Shown in pieces: positions 1 to 14,400 of a stretch of DNA of 64,000 nucleotides. The DNA comes from Tilletiaria anomala UBC 951 (lineage: Eukaryota): assembly GCF_000711695.1 (NCBI RefSeq), contig NW_013547020.1:62001-126000 (forward strand). Direction: 5' to 3'. Position 1 is the first letter of the stretch; every line of letters begins with the position of its first letter. A program made the position numbers and the translations under genes. Under the pieces are notes generated by a model. It was not told where the DNA came from. It did no database searches and saw only the letters and a list, made by a program, of their open reading frames with translations.

Positions 1-198
1 CGCCTCGCCTGCTTCCGCGATGATGCCGTCTTCGTCATCTTCCTGTATCAGCGTTGGAAGTTTGGCGTCGACCCAACGCGTGTTAATGAGTTTGGGCAGG
101 TGCTGGACCCCAAGGCAAAGGCGACGGCAACGAATGAGAAGGCAGGAGAGGGAGAAACAGCTGCAGTTACCCTGGCTGAGTCGAAAAAGACAAAGTAG
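1..198 (+). CDS. 3' end of CLPTM1-family (cleft lip and palate transmembrane 1 / lipid scramblase-like) membrane protein, truncated by window start
   Basis: Frame 1 from base 1 (absent from the ORF track) reads RLACFRDDAVFVIFLYQRWKFGVDPTRVNEFGQ...ESKKTK*. This matches the CLPTM1 C-terminal signature RLACFRDD..FL.YLYQRW...VD..RVNEFG and ends in a KKxx ER-retrieval signal. Confidence 0.85.
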   Translation, partial: RLACFRDDAVFVIFLYQRWKFGVDPTRVNEFGQVLDPKAKATATNEKAGEGETAAVTLAESKKTK

Positions 199-579
199 AA
201 TTGTATGTATGCATAGATGCCATCAAAGCAGCCTTTCACTCTTCCCTGCACCCCTACCCCCACCCCACCCCCTTCCCTTCGGGGTCCGTCACAGCGTTGG
301 GGTCATTCAGTGTTTCCCATGCTTGTCAAACGTATCCGTTGCAGCTTTGGGCGATATTCGAGAAAATCCCCGAGAAGGAGGATTTTGGTAACCAAAAGTC
401 CCCGAGATGTCCATGTAAAGATTACAAGCGCCATCTTTCGTCTGCTTGGTCTGCACAGCAAGCCATAATAAAAGGCAAGCTTCGATGCAGACTTCTGACA
501 GTCGCTGACCGCCCACCTTCTGCGAAGCATTTCTAGGCAGCCCTGAGCAACCAGCTTCTGCTACTGAATCACTTCGATC

Positions 580-3500
580 ATGGACGAGCGCAGTGTTCTG
601 CGCAACATCTTGGAAGAGCTTCGGTCGTCCTCGATCAAATCTGTTGCGCAACTTCTGCGGCATCTCTTGGATCCTCTGCGCCTGATACTCACTTCACCAG
701 ATGATGAAAATCAGTATCATATCTGTCTGGAAGAGCTGGCCTTGCTCTCCGAGTCAAGCGGCGGACACGGGCTCGAGCCAGCTGTTATCCTTTCTTCCTC
801 CTCTTCGATTCAGCGCTATACGTCATGGCACGAGTCGGTGGACCTGGCGGCGTTACGCAAACGAATGCTGGCCTCGAGCTTTGTCGAAGACGTGCAGTTC
901 GCGCTTCTGACACAAATAGGCATCACTTGGGGCGATCATATGGATCGGTCACTCTGGAACTCTCTTCTAGAAAACTGGTTCTTTCCGAATCTGCAGGATG
1001 CAGCACGGGCCAAGGCTCGCCAGGCGAGCGATACACGGCCGTTCGTCGTGGAAGTCGATGCCAAAGGCAAAGGCAAGGCGGGCGAATCTCAGGCAACGGA
1101 CGAGGTTCTCTATGCTTCTTCTATGATCACTGCTGCGGGATTGAGGACCGTTACCAAACTGCTCTCAGAAGCTAGGGCCATGTCGGCAAGGGACGGAAAT
1201 GCGTCTGAAGGGAGTCTTCCGTCAGCAGCGCTCGCTCCCATTACGAAGGACTGTCTTTTGCACGTGCTTCAGCGCTTACAGCCATGTACACCACTAGATA
1301 TGCTCTACAAGGGTATTCGCCATGAATCGAGTCGTACACGAGGCTTATTACAATGGAAAGACGCCGTCGCACAGATGACAGCTTTGCCTGCTCGCATTGC
1401 CAACCTGACGCAAGGCAAACCTCCTGATGGACTTCAAGACAAGTGAGTTCAGTTTTCTGTCGCTCTCGTGCGGCTATTTGTCTTCCTAACCGGCCTTGAT
1501 CAACAGAATTTTCTTTTCGCATTTTGCTGCTACACTCTGTGAACTCGTTCTGAGCATGTCAAAGAACCCAAGGGCATCAGACGACCCATCGGCCGTCGCC
1601 TTCTGCTTGATACGTCTTTTGCGACACGGCTTCGTCAATATCACTCCGCAAGGTAAAAGTGCAACGGCGAGGCGAGAAACATTCTGGGGATCCGTCATTC
1701 CCAGTGTATTGTGTCACAGTGCTCTGGCGCAGCCAATCGTCAACAGCCCAGACTCGCGGATGCTTCAAAGCTTTGATACGAACTGGCCGCGATCATATCG
1801 GGAAACTTGGCTTGCATGCATCGACGAGCTTTCCGGAACCGACCGCGTTGCCTTACGCACATCGATGATTGCCTTTCTCGAGGTACTCTGGAGCCGATGC
1901 ACAGATCATGGTTCGGACGAAATTACCACCACTACCGAACGACATCGGCCTGGCACGGAGGGAACCATATTTCTCGCCAAAGAGATGCTTCAGAGAGCTA
2001 TCTTCGGGGCCGCGCTTTTGAGTCTCTTCTGTGGCAGACTGTCTCAATATGCTAATTTTCAAGGATTGCCTACGTCAGCAAACACAGCAGAGGGTGGCTC
2101 TGACGGCGAAGATGCAGAGAATGACAACGACATGATCTCCCACTTTCGGGGCTGCATCAGCGATCTTATCTTGCCGCGATCTTCTGCACGCGCATCCCTT
2201 TCAGCCCCTCGTTATGGACCATCCATTGCCAGGTCCTTTGCAATCTGGATCCAAGCCTCCACCATGTCAATGTCACCCGAAAAGCGCCTTGAAGATCTAT
2301 CAACTCTTCTGCACGCCATGCTAGCGCTCTGGGGTGATGCGTCGCTTGTCAGGATTATGAGTCAGAAAGAGGACTCCTATCTTACCGTGATCATTCTTGC
2401 CTTGAGCGCGCAGTTGGTACAGCTGTTCGAGTGCTGCAAAGGGAATACAAACGCCGAAAGTCTGGTCAGCGCAGCGTTGCAGAAGCTCACCATGACACCT
2501 GATTTCTCAAATGGTGTTGCGGCACACCTCGACCACGGGGACCCGCTCACGCGGCGTATGGGAATGCTGGTGGCCGAGGTGATCACGGAAAATGCGGCCA
2601 TTGCGAATATTGGCTCAGCTGGCAAGTCTGTCAAACCTGCCCAGCTCCACTTTGGCAGCGCCATATGGGATGGAAAAGGCGAAGGCCGGGAGGAAGCTCG
2701 AGTGCTGCGTGCTATGGCCCACAGTTGGCCCAACGATACAATGGTCTGTAGTCTGCTTCGGGCGGGCGACCCGCAAGCCGCGCTTGGGATCAAGACAAGT
2801 GCTCCAGTAATCTCTTCTGCTGCAGACATGTCGGTGTCGGATGTTAAACTGTCAAGGTCGCGCTTGCCTACAGTCCGTCAGAACTCAGGGATCTCCAAAG
2901 AGCAACGTACGAAGACTCCACTCATGCAGAAACCCAAAAAGGCGTCGCTGATCACACTATTGGATGAGGTGTCTATCGCGGATGAGCATCTTCGGACTTT
3001 CAAATCGGTCGACGATACCGTGGAAGATCAATCTTCTTCCGGATCCGATTCGTCAGATGAAGATCCCCCTGAATCAACGAAAGCAGATTTCGGCCTTGAG
3101 GACGATGGCACACTCGGATCAGCTGAAACAGCTCTCAAGCTACCTAGCGAGAGTCGACAGAAAGTTCCGATCTACATTATGGAGCTTGCGCCCCTCTTTC
3201 GCAAAAATGAGAGACAAGCCAACCGAATTGCCCTTCACAAGGCCGAGGCATTGATTCGAAAGAAGGCGGGTTGGGGCGGAGAAGTGGATGAAAATGCCGC
3301 GGACCTCTCATTTGCTATCTGCGGCCTTCAAAACAATTTTGGCGTCAAAGACTTTGACAACCTCAAAACTCGTTGCTTGACGGCTTTGATCTGTGCGAGT
3401 CCGCGCATCGCTAATGGTGTTGTCATCGAGCAATTTTTCCACCCCCAATACTCGATCTCTCAGCGCTATGTCATGCTCAATGCAATCGCCTTCGCTGCAT

Positions 3501-4342
3501 TGGAGTTGGCTGGCGAAACAGAACCAACATCAGGGTGCACAAATGAAGGAGCAGATAGGCTCAGCCAATTGGTATCAGACCTGTCGCTTCAGGCAAGCGC
3601 CAAAGCTAAATCTGATGGAGAAGCCCATGTGCCAGCCATTCAGAGAGAGAAGGCGCTCAAGGTCAGTGTATCAATAAGAGCTCCATCGCGCCCCTTGACT
3701 GCCAGCATCGGCGGCACCGCCCAAGCCGGTCCGCGCTTTCCTGGGGCACTGGTCCGGCCAGCCTTACTGTACATTGAGATCGCAGCGAGCTTCTTCATTC
3801 ACCCCATCGTGACCCGCACTTGGGCGCACATGGAAGAGGCGAGCGTACGCAACAGCCGGGCGGTCGGAGGCTATCTTGGGGCGGGGGCTGGGGCATTATT
3901 CGCGCCTGTGCTTGTGGCACGCCTGCTTGACACCTTGTCAATCCTTGCTCATGCTGGCCGCAATGCCCGCGAGTACGGCGAGATCATCGCCCCTGAGCTC
4001 TTGGAGCTCGTCATCGGTGTTGCCCGGATTGTCTATCCGCTAGCTGCCGCGCATCAGATACACGCTAGCAACCTCAGTGACAACGAGGACGCTTCAAATC
4101 GGCTGCAGAGCGCATCTGCGTCCCTCGTACTCACAGTGCTGAACGATCTTTGGGAAGCAGACGAAGGGCAGAGCTTGCTCCGCAGACACAACAGCACTTT
4201 GAATGACGTGCACGAACTAATGGAGGCGACCTTTCAACGCGAAGATGCTAGAAGCGGCAAGGCTGCTCGCCCCGCTGCGGCTGTCATCTTGCGGATCGCG
4301 GAGATCCGCTCTACATGGAAGTCGGCAAACGTGCTTTTGTAG
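580..4342 (+). CDS. TEL2: Telomere length regulation protein Tel2 (TTT complex PIKK co-chaperone); 2 exons
   Basis: Exons 580-1442 and 1507-4342 join in frame across GT-AG intron 1443-1506. Tel2 domain PIYIMEL...AEALIRKKAGWGGEVDENAADL...GLQNNFG..DFD..KTRCL.AL, then FFHPQYSISQRYVMLNAI. An acidic SDSSDED CK2-type site lies upstream. Confidence 0.88.
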
Positions 4343-4395
4343 AAAGATGAGACAAAGTACAAGTGATCTACGAGGCTCGAATCTAGTTGCATGGA

Positions 4396-7300
4396 TCAAG
4401 TCTTGCGTTTCTTTGAGGCGGGGCCGCCAGCTGGTGTCGACCCGCGACTGGAGACAATGGCATCTGAAGCGATGCGCTTCTTGGGCTTACCATGGCTGCT
4501 CTTGACGGTCTCATCGGCAAAACCAGGCTCATCCTTCAGCAAGAGGCCAAGGAGCGTGGTACAGCGCCTGCTGAGCTCTTGGCTCGTGCGTGACTTGATG
4601 AACCAATCGAAGCGGAACATGGGGTCGATAGATATGTCCTTCTTGATCTTCTCGTACGCATCTTCATCCGAGAGGCCGTAGTTCGCCAGCCGGACGAGTA
4701 AAAAGCGGTCCTCTTCCTCCGAGTAGGACTTGCCCTTGGTCTGGTTGTACGTCAGCTTGATCTGCTGAAGCGGTGACCGATAAGAAGCGATCTTCTTCCG
4801 CAACAGCGACTCCGTCAAGCTCTGCTTGGCCAGCTTCGCTTCTCCCTCCTCGATTCGTGAGACAACTCGCTCGGAGTCCGTAAGCTCGCCCACTCTCTGC
4901 CAGAATACCTCTGAGTAGGCCTTGATGTCCTTCTCCGTCTTGCTCTCGTCCGGAAAGAACTCCTGGGCGATTGCGCCAAATGCCTTCCGGCCATGCTTTT
5001 CGCAACCCTTGACAAAGTTTTGGTAGTCCCTTCGGGTCCAGTCCGTGAATCCTTGCTGTGCGAGCTCTTCCTTCTCGGCCAACTCTTCCTCTGTGAGGTC
5101 TTGGGCTGCGAGAAATCATGCAGTGTTAGCAGACGTCGCAGCACGTCACGCTAACAGTGTCTTCCTTACTTACCATTATCGATTGTCTCTTGCTCCTGTC
5201 GTCGTTCCTCATCCAGATCATCCTGGGTTTCGCCATCTTTCGCCTCCCTCAAGGGGACCTTATACCCAATGCTTTTCTGATAAGCAGCCGTCTCTCGCTC
5301 CTGCAAATCGATAAGCAGCTGCGGGAAGAACTGCCAATCCGGCGTTGCGATTTGTTTTGGTGCTCTCGGAGCCTTTGGGGCAGTCGACTTTGGTCCAACG
5401 CGCATGGCATCGCGGTAGTAGCTGTCGACAGAGTAGTTGACCTTGCGTTCGCGCTTACTCGGCTCGATCCAAAGTTGGCCTAGCGGTCGCTTTCCTCCTT
5501 GGAAGTTCGTGCCCTCCCACTCGTAAGCTGTGTCACTCTTGAAATTGGCCAGCTCGTCCAGACCCAGACTCTGATAGCGCGCTTGCAGGTCAGCTGTGCG
5601 CTGCTCTCCCTGAGCGATGATCTTGTCAATGTCGTCATCGACCACCATACTCTCCTTGCCAGCGATAATCTTCTCTGCACCGTGCTGGATCATATCGACG
5701 AGGTCTTCCTTGTTCTGTTGAGCTTTCTGTGCCTGCTGCGCTCGACCCTGTTGGATGACTAGCTGATCCAGCCGGAGCTTTTGAGCGGCTCGCTCGAGGA
5801 TGCGCTCTTCAACAGCGTGCTCCGTCACGAAGCGGAAGACGTAAACCTGCTTTTTTTGGCCGATTCTGTGAGCACGGTCCATTGCTTGCAGATCCGCCTG
5901 CGGGTTCCAGTCGCTGTCGAAAAGAACGACAATGTCGGCACTCGTCAAGTTGATACCGAGACCTCCAGCACGGGTCGTCAGCAAGAAGACAAATTTGGAG
6001 CTGTCGGGCTTGTTGTACTCGTCAATGGCAGCAATACGGTCCTCATGCGCCGTGCTACCGTCAATGCGACAGTATTCGTATTCTCGGAAGAAGCAATAAT
6101 CTTCAAGAATGTCAAGCACACGACTCATCTGACTGAAGATGAGAACGCGTGAGCCCTTGGTCTTCATGCTCTTCAACAGCTTATCGAGGATGATCATTTT
6201 GCCTGAATTGTCGATCAGGTGTTGGTCTGTCGTGAAAGGAGGGCCTGGCTCGGCTCCGTCGAAGAGATAAGGGTGGTTGCAGCACTTGCGCAACTGCATG
6301 ACGATGTTCAACAGGCGCGTTTTCCCCTCCTTCTTGCCCCCTGCACCGTTTACGGCATCAATGTCCTTCTCGAGCAAGGCTTTGTACCACTTGCGCTGCA
6401 TATCAGTCAGCCCAACAAAGACGTTAATCTCTTTCTTCGGCAAGAGACTCTTCTCCACATCAGCTTTGACGCGACGCAGGAGGAAAGGCTTGAGCACTTT
6501 GTGCAATTGTTGGACGACAGCGTCCTGATTTCCATCGCCTTTTCCGTTGAACCACGACTCAAAGTCTTCCGAATTCGAGAACACATCGGGCTACAGAATG
6601 TTAAGCGATGGTTAGAGTCCACCCAACAGTGACGTTGCGGAAGAAGCTTACCAGAAGGAAGTTGAGCAAACTCCATAGCTCCATGAGGTTGTTCTGCAAT
6701 GGTGTTCCTGTGATGAGAAGACGGCTTCTAGAAGTGAATGCCCGCACAATCTGCGACAACATCGAGTCGACGTTCTTGATGCGGTGAGCCTCGTCGATCA
6801 CGATGTATTCCCACGACAGCTTCTTAAGTGAAGATTTCTCGCGAAGGCACATCTCGTAGGTGGTGATCAGGACGTCAAAATCTTGCGGCAAAAGATGCTT
6901 TTCGATTACCTCGGCCTGTAAGACGAAGAACTTTGGTGGTTCATAAAATGGCTCAATATGTGCATTTGTCGCCAGTACTCACTCTCTCCTCTTTACTGCC
7001 CTTCAGTGTAATGACATTGAAGCCCGGAACCCAGTGTGTGAATTCCCGGCGCCAATTGTCCAGTGTTGACTTTGGTACGACCACCAAGTGGAAGCGAGGT
7101 GTGTCCCGGAAGAACTTCAAGTAGCCAAGGAATGAGATAGTTTGCAGCGTTTTCCCAAGACCCATCTCATCTGCCAGAATGCCGTTGATACCGTGATGGT
7201 ACAGAGAGCTGAAGGAAATTCAGAGAACATGCATCAGCTCTTTCGCATCTGTAGTCAATGGCGCTTCGCAGCGCTCACATCATCCAGTTGAGTCCTGCGA

Positions 7301-8000
7301 CCTGGTAAGGGCGCATCGTGCCCCCTTTGACGTAGTGTGGACTCTCCTCGAAGATGAATGAATCCTCCTCATCGTCATCCTCCTTGAGTAGCTCCTCATC
7401 CTCTTCTTTCTCGGTCTTCCGCCGTCTGTTCCCGCCGCCGGATGGAGCACCACCCTTGCGTTTCTTGCCTTTGTTCTGCTGCTCGGATTCTTCCAGCAGC
7501 TTGGCAAAAGCCGGGTCGCGCTCCTTCTTAATGTCGATAAAGTGTTGGAAAAGCTCTGTCTGGCCAAGCAAGTAGCTGAAACGCTTCATGGAATCGGCCA
7601 GCTTAGACTGCTGCATTTCTTCGCGCTTGTTGCTCAAGCCGGCGTTCTGAGCAGCGCGCCTAGCCAGTGCTGATTTTCTAGCTTCGCCACGCTGAGATTT
7701 GTTGCGCTCCTTCTCCAATTGTCGCATCGATTTGGAAGGAGAGTCGTCAGCCTTGGAGGATTCGTCGCCATCTTGCTCTTCATTTTCCGTGTCATCCTCG
7801 TCCGCTCGCTCTGGCGTGGCTGCTTTGGAGGCATTGCGCGACGCGGAGGCGCTGGCTGTCGGGGCCCGACTCAGATCGCCACTCTGAGGTATGTAATCGG
7901 AGTACTTATCCTCGTCGGCCACCTGCCCTCCATTTGCGTCCTGCACTGCTTCCTGACTCGCAGGGACGACCTCTACAGTGGGTGGTCGAGGGTCTGTCAT
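4396..8000 (-). CDS. ISWI: ISWI-family SNF2 chromatin-remodelling ATPase (Isw1/Isw2 type); 5 exons
   Basis: [46 protein letters not shown] and [21 protein letters not shown], plus a C-terminal HAND-SANT-SLIDE region ([21 protein letters not shown]). Canonical introns near 7209-7278, 6916-6981, 6591-6651 and 5107-5174. Confidence 0.96.
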
Positions 8001-8268
8001 CTTGTCGTGAAGGTGTTGAACGTGCACACTCTGACGCGTGGGGGAGTGAAGGGGAATATGGACGCGAATGATCCCTTGTCACCCTTCGTGGCGTTTCCAG
8101 TGTCCTAAGGCTCGTTAAGTCAACATGTGCGACCCTTCCTTCTCGTCGTGCCTAATTTGGTTCCCGTTGAGGGGGGATGGTGATGATGGAGAGAGGGTGA
8201 TGGAGAAGAGAAAGTCCAGTGCCTTGAAAGGGTTCCCCTCATGTGTTCCTGTCGCGTGCTGGAGGAAA

Positions 8269-8278
8269 ACGCGACGCG
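8269..8278. promoter_or_regulatory. Double MCB-like element ACGCGACGCG in the ISWI/TEL1 divergent promoter
   Basis: Seen directly. Additional ACGCG cores at 8034-8039 (ACGCGT), 8062-8067 and 8252-8257. Confidence 0.5.
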
Positions 8279-8438
8279 GGGACAGTGCTCTCTATGTTGG
8301 CGTCATTTCACAAAAAAACCTACATCGCGCAACGGAGGCACAAAGAGTTACTATGATATATAACCAAGGACTCGCAGAGCGAGCAGGCGTTTGATCGTGG
8401 AAGTGAGGCGTTATGCGCTGGCGCAGAAACTCGCTGGG

Positions 8439-11400
8439 ATGGATCACACTATAGAGAACGCTGTCGTGCTCATCGCGAGCGACAAGGCCAAGGAGCGACA
8501 GGAAGGGCTGCTGCGCTATCGGGAGGCCTTCAGCGACCCTGGGGTCCTTTCCTCCTTGCCAGATGTTTTGGATGCAAAAGACATACGCACCGGGAAACCA
8601 TGCTGGACCAGCGTGTTCCAGTCCCTTTTCGACGCCCTCTTCATCGAGAGGAGTATTTGTATAAAGAAGGCAAAGGGCGGTGGTGGGACTGGCGAATTAC
8701 AGGCTGCGGCGCTTAAACGCTTTCAAGATGTCGCAATTCTCGTATCATGGATGGTCGATCAGGCACGTTTGCGCATCGGCAGAAAGACGACGCGAGCCGT
8801 TTTCGCTCATCTCACTCAGACGCTCGGTGCGGAGAATGCTCAGCTTCTGGATGCCCTGATACCGCCGTATCTGCGTGCGCTCAAATCACTCTTGACTTGG
8901 AAACCCCATGCGGATCATCTCGAGGAGAAGAGCTGGCTGGACGGCGTATCAATCTGCTGGAACTTGCTTCTGGGGGACAAGGTGTCAGACCGGATCACGG
9001 GCTCTGATGAGGTCGACTTGGAAAGATACGCGAATGTCTTGGCAGTCGCTGCTGCCGACAGGAAGTCGGGGTCGGCGACCCTCACAAACGCTCATGCAGC
9101 AGACGCTTTTCTCTGCCTTCAGGCAATGTTTGAGAGCTGCGTAGCCCCCTTAGTCGGCTTGGCTGGCGAGCGCTTCGGAATTCACATGCTCGAGAAGTAC
9201 GTGCGGTACTTCGTGTTACGTCCATCCGAGTCGACCGTTACCCTGCCCGTCATCTCTAGTCTCAACGTCCTTTTAAGAGCACTACAACTCAACGAACGCA
9301 TACTCACCACGACGTTTGCAACCATAATTTGGCCCCCTCTGCTTCGTCTCTTCACGACCAAGTCTCTGACGCTTAAGGAACACGTACTCATAACGCTCGA
9401 TCTCCTGTTACCGCTACTTGCCGTTCCCCCGCCGTCTGTCTGTGGATCGGCTAGCGAAGAGACAGCGAAAAAGAAGAGGCGCGCCGAACTACGTGCAAAA
9501 CTGCAAGATCTTCAGCATCTACTCGTCAAAGAGCCGCTCAGCCGCACGGGTCTCCGGCCGTTGCCCCTGGGGATACTTTCCTTAAGGCACATACCCATCG
9601 ATGAAGGTGCCTTTACAGAGCCATGCCAGACTATGACCTTCCAGGCCTCTTTCGGCTTTGCAGCCCCAAATACGCATGACTGGTGCGGCCTAGAGCTGGC
9701 GGCAGATGTCATCTCTTTTCTAATGAAAAGCGACAGAGAAGTATTGCACACTCTTGAGGACGAGCAGCATAATCGCGGTCCCCCCGTCAAAGACGCGTCA
9801 TTGATGCCAGAGAAGAGGGAAAGGTCTGACAAAGCCAAGTGAGTGTGCAGGCTGAGGTGTGATGGTGCAATTTCCAGTCCCCGAAGTTTTTGGAGACTGA
9901 GTGCAGCATTTCCAGCTCCAGGATGGAAGTGTCTGCTACACCAAACCCGGCCGTACAAGTGGAGGTTGGCCTTGCGGCGAAGACGAGATGTAAAGTCAAA
10001 ACGCCAGCTTCAAGCACGGATGCGCATGATCGACCCGCAAAACGGGTGCGTACTAGCGAGAGGATGCTTGCTCCCGGGTTATTGCCGGGTACGCAACAGG
10101 AACCCTGGTTGGAATACTTCTCCGAAGTGCGCGCCTCGGACCCTTCTTCCAAAATGCGTCGGCTATGGGGTTTGCAAGTGCTGGCCATGTGGATGGAAAA
10201 GCATCCAGAGGATGCAACAAAGGCGCTCAACGACGATCTTGCAGGCGAGATCGCAGAAGCTTCCAATGATTCAGACGAGGAGATTGCCTCGTGGGCCACT
10301 CTCACCTTGGCATGCGCAACCGCATTACAGACAAACAGCAACGAGAGTTCGCGATGGAAGATTTGGCCCCGGATTTGGTCGCTTATAACCAGACGCGTTG
10401 CTCTGCCACATCTCAGTCGCGCCTCAGCCACGCTTGCGAATGCTATGCTGCGATGTTCCTTGGTCGATACGGCCACGCTACCAAAGGATGTCTCGACCAT
10501 CATTTTTGAGCTCTCCAGCCAAGCAATCACTCGCCCATCCGAAGCCTTGTGCGATCTCCTTTCGCGAAGCTTGGAGATTATAGACGCGAATCGCGCTTCG
10601 ATCGACCCAGCTGTGGTTAAAGGTGCTCTCGCACTGGTGCAGAGTCTATGGATTCCGAGCTTCGCAAGCTCTCCAGCCACAAGCACGGCATTCGACGCCA
10701 GCGTTCACTGCCCTGCTGCTACTATGCTGCACCTACTAGCTCAGCTTGGCGGGTTACAGCATTGCCCGAACCTTACAGTAGGAAAACCATTCCTTGAAGG
10801 TTCCGCCTGCATTCGAAACCTGGCAGCGAATATCGAGCATCGCGCGATGCTTCGATATGTCATCTTTGCTGAGCTCGATGAGGCCAAGGTCCCAACTTCC
10901 ACCAGCAAGCATCAGCCCATACCTCGAGAGACCCTTTTCATCCCGCTGGATCCGAACACCCCAGCTTCCAGGCTGTCCAGCAGCCTGGCATCCAGCATCA
11001 AAGTGGTACTGGAAAATTTTAATGTGCGAGCTATGGACATGGTTGGGCCCTCCGTACTTTCCCAATACCATTCCTATCAACTTCGTCAATTCGTCGAATT
11101 CGCGGCATTGGTGCTCCTCTTCCGCGGTCTCATGCACGTCAACGGATTCAGTACGCCATCCGAGCTCTTCATGAAGCCACTGCAAACGCTTCAGACTGTG
11201 GCAAACGAATGTGCTCTTCGAACTCGCACCGTCGAGGAAAAGCATTTCATCCTTTCGCCTTTGGTCTGTCTAGGTCTTCCCGCTCCTATCAGCGCTGCCA
11301 GAAGCGCGATAGTCCCTCCAGCACGCCGATCCGGTGTCCGACATGAGCATTTCATTCAATTTACTGGGCCGCATCGACAGTTGGCAGACCAAGGTGTGCA

Positions 11401-14400
11401 GCATTTTTTGCGCGCGTGCTTTGAGATTGAGGACAGCATGCCAGACACTTGCGCTCTGAGCGACGCACTCGCGCAGGTGATCAAGGTCATTTCTCCGGAA
11501 GTTGAGATGGCGAAGCCGGATCTTTTACAGGGAGAAGATGACAGCATGGAGGCCGATTACGAATACGACAAACAGGTCAAGGATGTGCCCATTCCTGGAA
11601 ACGTCACACTCGACGTACTGTTGAATGGCAGCATTCGTTACGAGATCACTTCATTTGTTTTTGCAATAATCGCGGTCATGCACGCAGTCCGAAAGCAGTC
11701 TTCGTCTCAGAATCAACGCCGGCCGCTTCACCTCATCTTGGAAAATGGGGCTGATCTTGCCAGAGTCATTATGCTTTTGCCCGCAGCTGTTCACGCCACA
11801 GACAGTGGCCTTCTTTCACTCGACGATATGGAGCTGCAAGAACTTCTTTCCATCACCGGAGAAGAGCTGCTTCCGAAATACCAGTACAGCCGCGACCCAG
11901 TCGCACACAGCATCACCCTAAAGGTCATCCGCATTGTGATACGTCACGAAAAGTTTGCAGCAGACTCTGTTGGGCTCAGAGACATGTGCCGTTGGTTTAT
12001 GATCCACTCTGCCAAAGCCAAGACTTTCTTTGTCTGGGAGACGGTCAGCGACATTGCTGAGCTACTCTATGACTTTTTGACGTGCTCAGGTCTCGTAGAC
12101 ATTTGGAATCCTGATGGCGAATGCGTCAGCAACATCGAACCCACCCAGATCATGCAAAACTTGCAAGGTGCGGCTGATTTGCGGACCAGATTCCATGCGG
12201 CGACTTTGCTCGGTGCCCTCTTTAACGATCTCGCCATCACTCCGGGTGATGAAGCTGTCGAGCAGGAGCAACGTTTGTTCCCGCAACTACAGAACGTCGC
12301 CATCCTCGACGTCACAAAATTCGAAGGCACCCTCACGACGTTGCTTCTGTTCGGGAATATCACTGTCCTCTCGTCTCTGAACCGCAGTGACGGCCTTGGC
12401 TCGCTGCTGGAGATCGCTATGCGACGACGCGATTACAGCGCTCACTTTGCAAGTGTAATGAAGTGCGTCGCCAGCCATCTGGGCTTCGATTCCACGATGG
12501 AACTGTACAGCACATTCGCAGCTCAAATCGTATACAGCATACACCAATTGAATCAAGACACCCTCGCTGTTCCGTGGGAGGCGCTGGGGTACCGCAGCCA
12601 GCGCGCATGGGCCACAAGTAATCTTCCTGCAATTGGGCTAATGCTACTCGAGCTTTTTGAAGGGGAAGACGGCTCAGGGGACTTCGATGTCTTCTGTAAA
12701 ATGGCTCGCGTGGAGCGTGAGATGGCACTGGATATCTGCAGGCCATCCATCGCTGCCTTCGAATTGGGCGACTCGGCGACGCGTCTACGGCAAGGTACCA
12801 CCGCCGTCACCGCTGGTGCTGTTTGGGATCTAGCCGTCACCAACCTCCGACAGTGCGAGAAGTCGGGGGCGTCTGCCAAAGTAATGCATCAGCGGCTCAA
12901 AGACGCCAAAGACCTGGTCACAGCGTGGCTCATGCGTTTCGCTTGGCTAAAAGACCACACGACCAGCGATGAGCTGCTTCTGGAGATAGCAACATTTGGC
13001 CATAACCAAGCCGCTGCACTAAGGAAAGTCTCGTCTCCGCCCTCCAGCAGTCTCAGCGACGTTTCTGAGCTTCACGAACCGCCTCGGCCGTTTCATGACC
13101 CGAAAGCCTTGTTGAATGCTCTTTCGACGCTGGATCATCAAGCAGGTGGCATTTTTGACGCGAGCTCGGGTTACCACATCTTGCATCACCTCTTTGGCTT
13201 TATCTTTGACGCCAAGCTCGTTAACGATCAAAAGCGGCTGCTTCGAGGGGTGATCATTTACGTTTCCATGTGCTACAATGCCGTGCAGAAAAGCCAGGCG
13301 ATTCTTAACCTGATCTTGCGGAACTGCTCTTCACTGCTCAAAGAAGTCGACCTCATACCGCTTGCTGCTACACTGCTCAACTGGGCTGCCACAACGGCCA
13401 AGTATAGCGCCGCTCGATCGCGGTGCTGGATTGTCGCTCTCGCACGCGCAGGCTACGCAGTTGCTAGCCATCTGCGCTCTAGTGACGCAGAAGCGGTGCG
13501 ACTGGGAATTCAGTGCAGGCAATGGCTGCAAAAGCTTGCGTCGAACTGTCTTGCCGTGCCCGCTACCGAAAAAATTGTGCTTTGGGTTCTACTCTTCTGG
13601 CCGGACATCATTGCCGAAACGCTGTCATTGAAGGTGCAAGCACTCAGTCTTCCCCAAGTTATGGATGCTTTGGCCCAACTCCCGGACCTGTCGATCAGCA
13701 ATTCCGCGCTAACCATCATTCTTTCCAAAGTGCGCGACGCCGACTCTGCGGACCGTGCCATATTTGCTGAAGAAGGGCTCTGGCTTCTAAAGCAGCAAGC
13801 AATCTCTCGGCAACGTGAGGCACAAACGCAAGCCCGATTTGCGCATCTGTTGGCACAGATTCTGGTGCAGTCTGGGGGCCAGTACCGTATGCCCTTTGCA
13901 CCTGCTAGTACGAGGTTCGCCCAGACGATCAGGCGGGCAAAGGCGTGGGGTCTTGAAAGTCCGAAAGGAGCAACGACCTTTTCTGCCGAGCATACATTCT
14001 TGGGTTTGGTGCTCAGGTTCTGGCACAATCTTGAAGATGGGAATCACCAGGACCTGCTGCTCTGCCTGCGATCTGTCATGGCGCACACGGCATCAGTCGA
14101 CGATTTCCTCGAGGGCATGGACTCCAGTGATGCTGAAGAATTGCGCCTGATTGCAGCATTTCGGAGCAACTCGCTCAACATCTCTCATCGCACACTGAAC
14201 GAATCACTCGAGCTCATTCCATCCAGTACGTCTGCGACATATTCCGTCTGGATAGGAGCAATCTGCGAAGCAATCTGCGTGTCCTTAGCAACTCCTACTT
14301 CTGCGTTCGGCAACATCTACGTCCAACTCGTGCCATTGGCACGTCGCTACACAAAATTGGCAGAGCAGATGGGGCCGTTGCTCATTCGCCGTGTGTTGCA

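Noticed and set aside
7837..7845. CGCGACGCG inside the ISWI CDS (also near 46447 in the Zn2Cys6 CDS)
   Set aside because: They lack the flanking A/T of the full motif and lie in GC-rich coding sequence; not counted as MCB sites.
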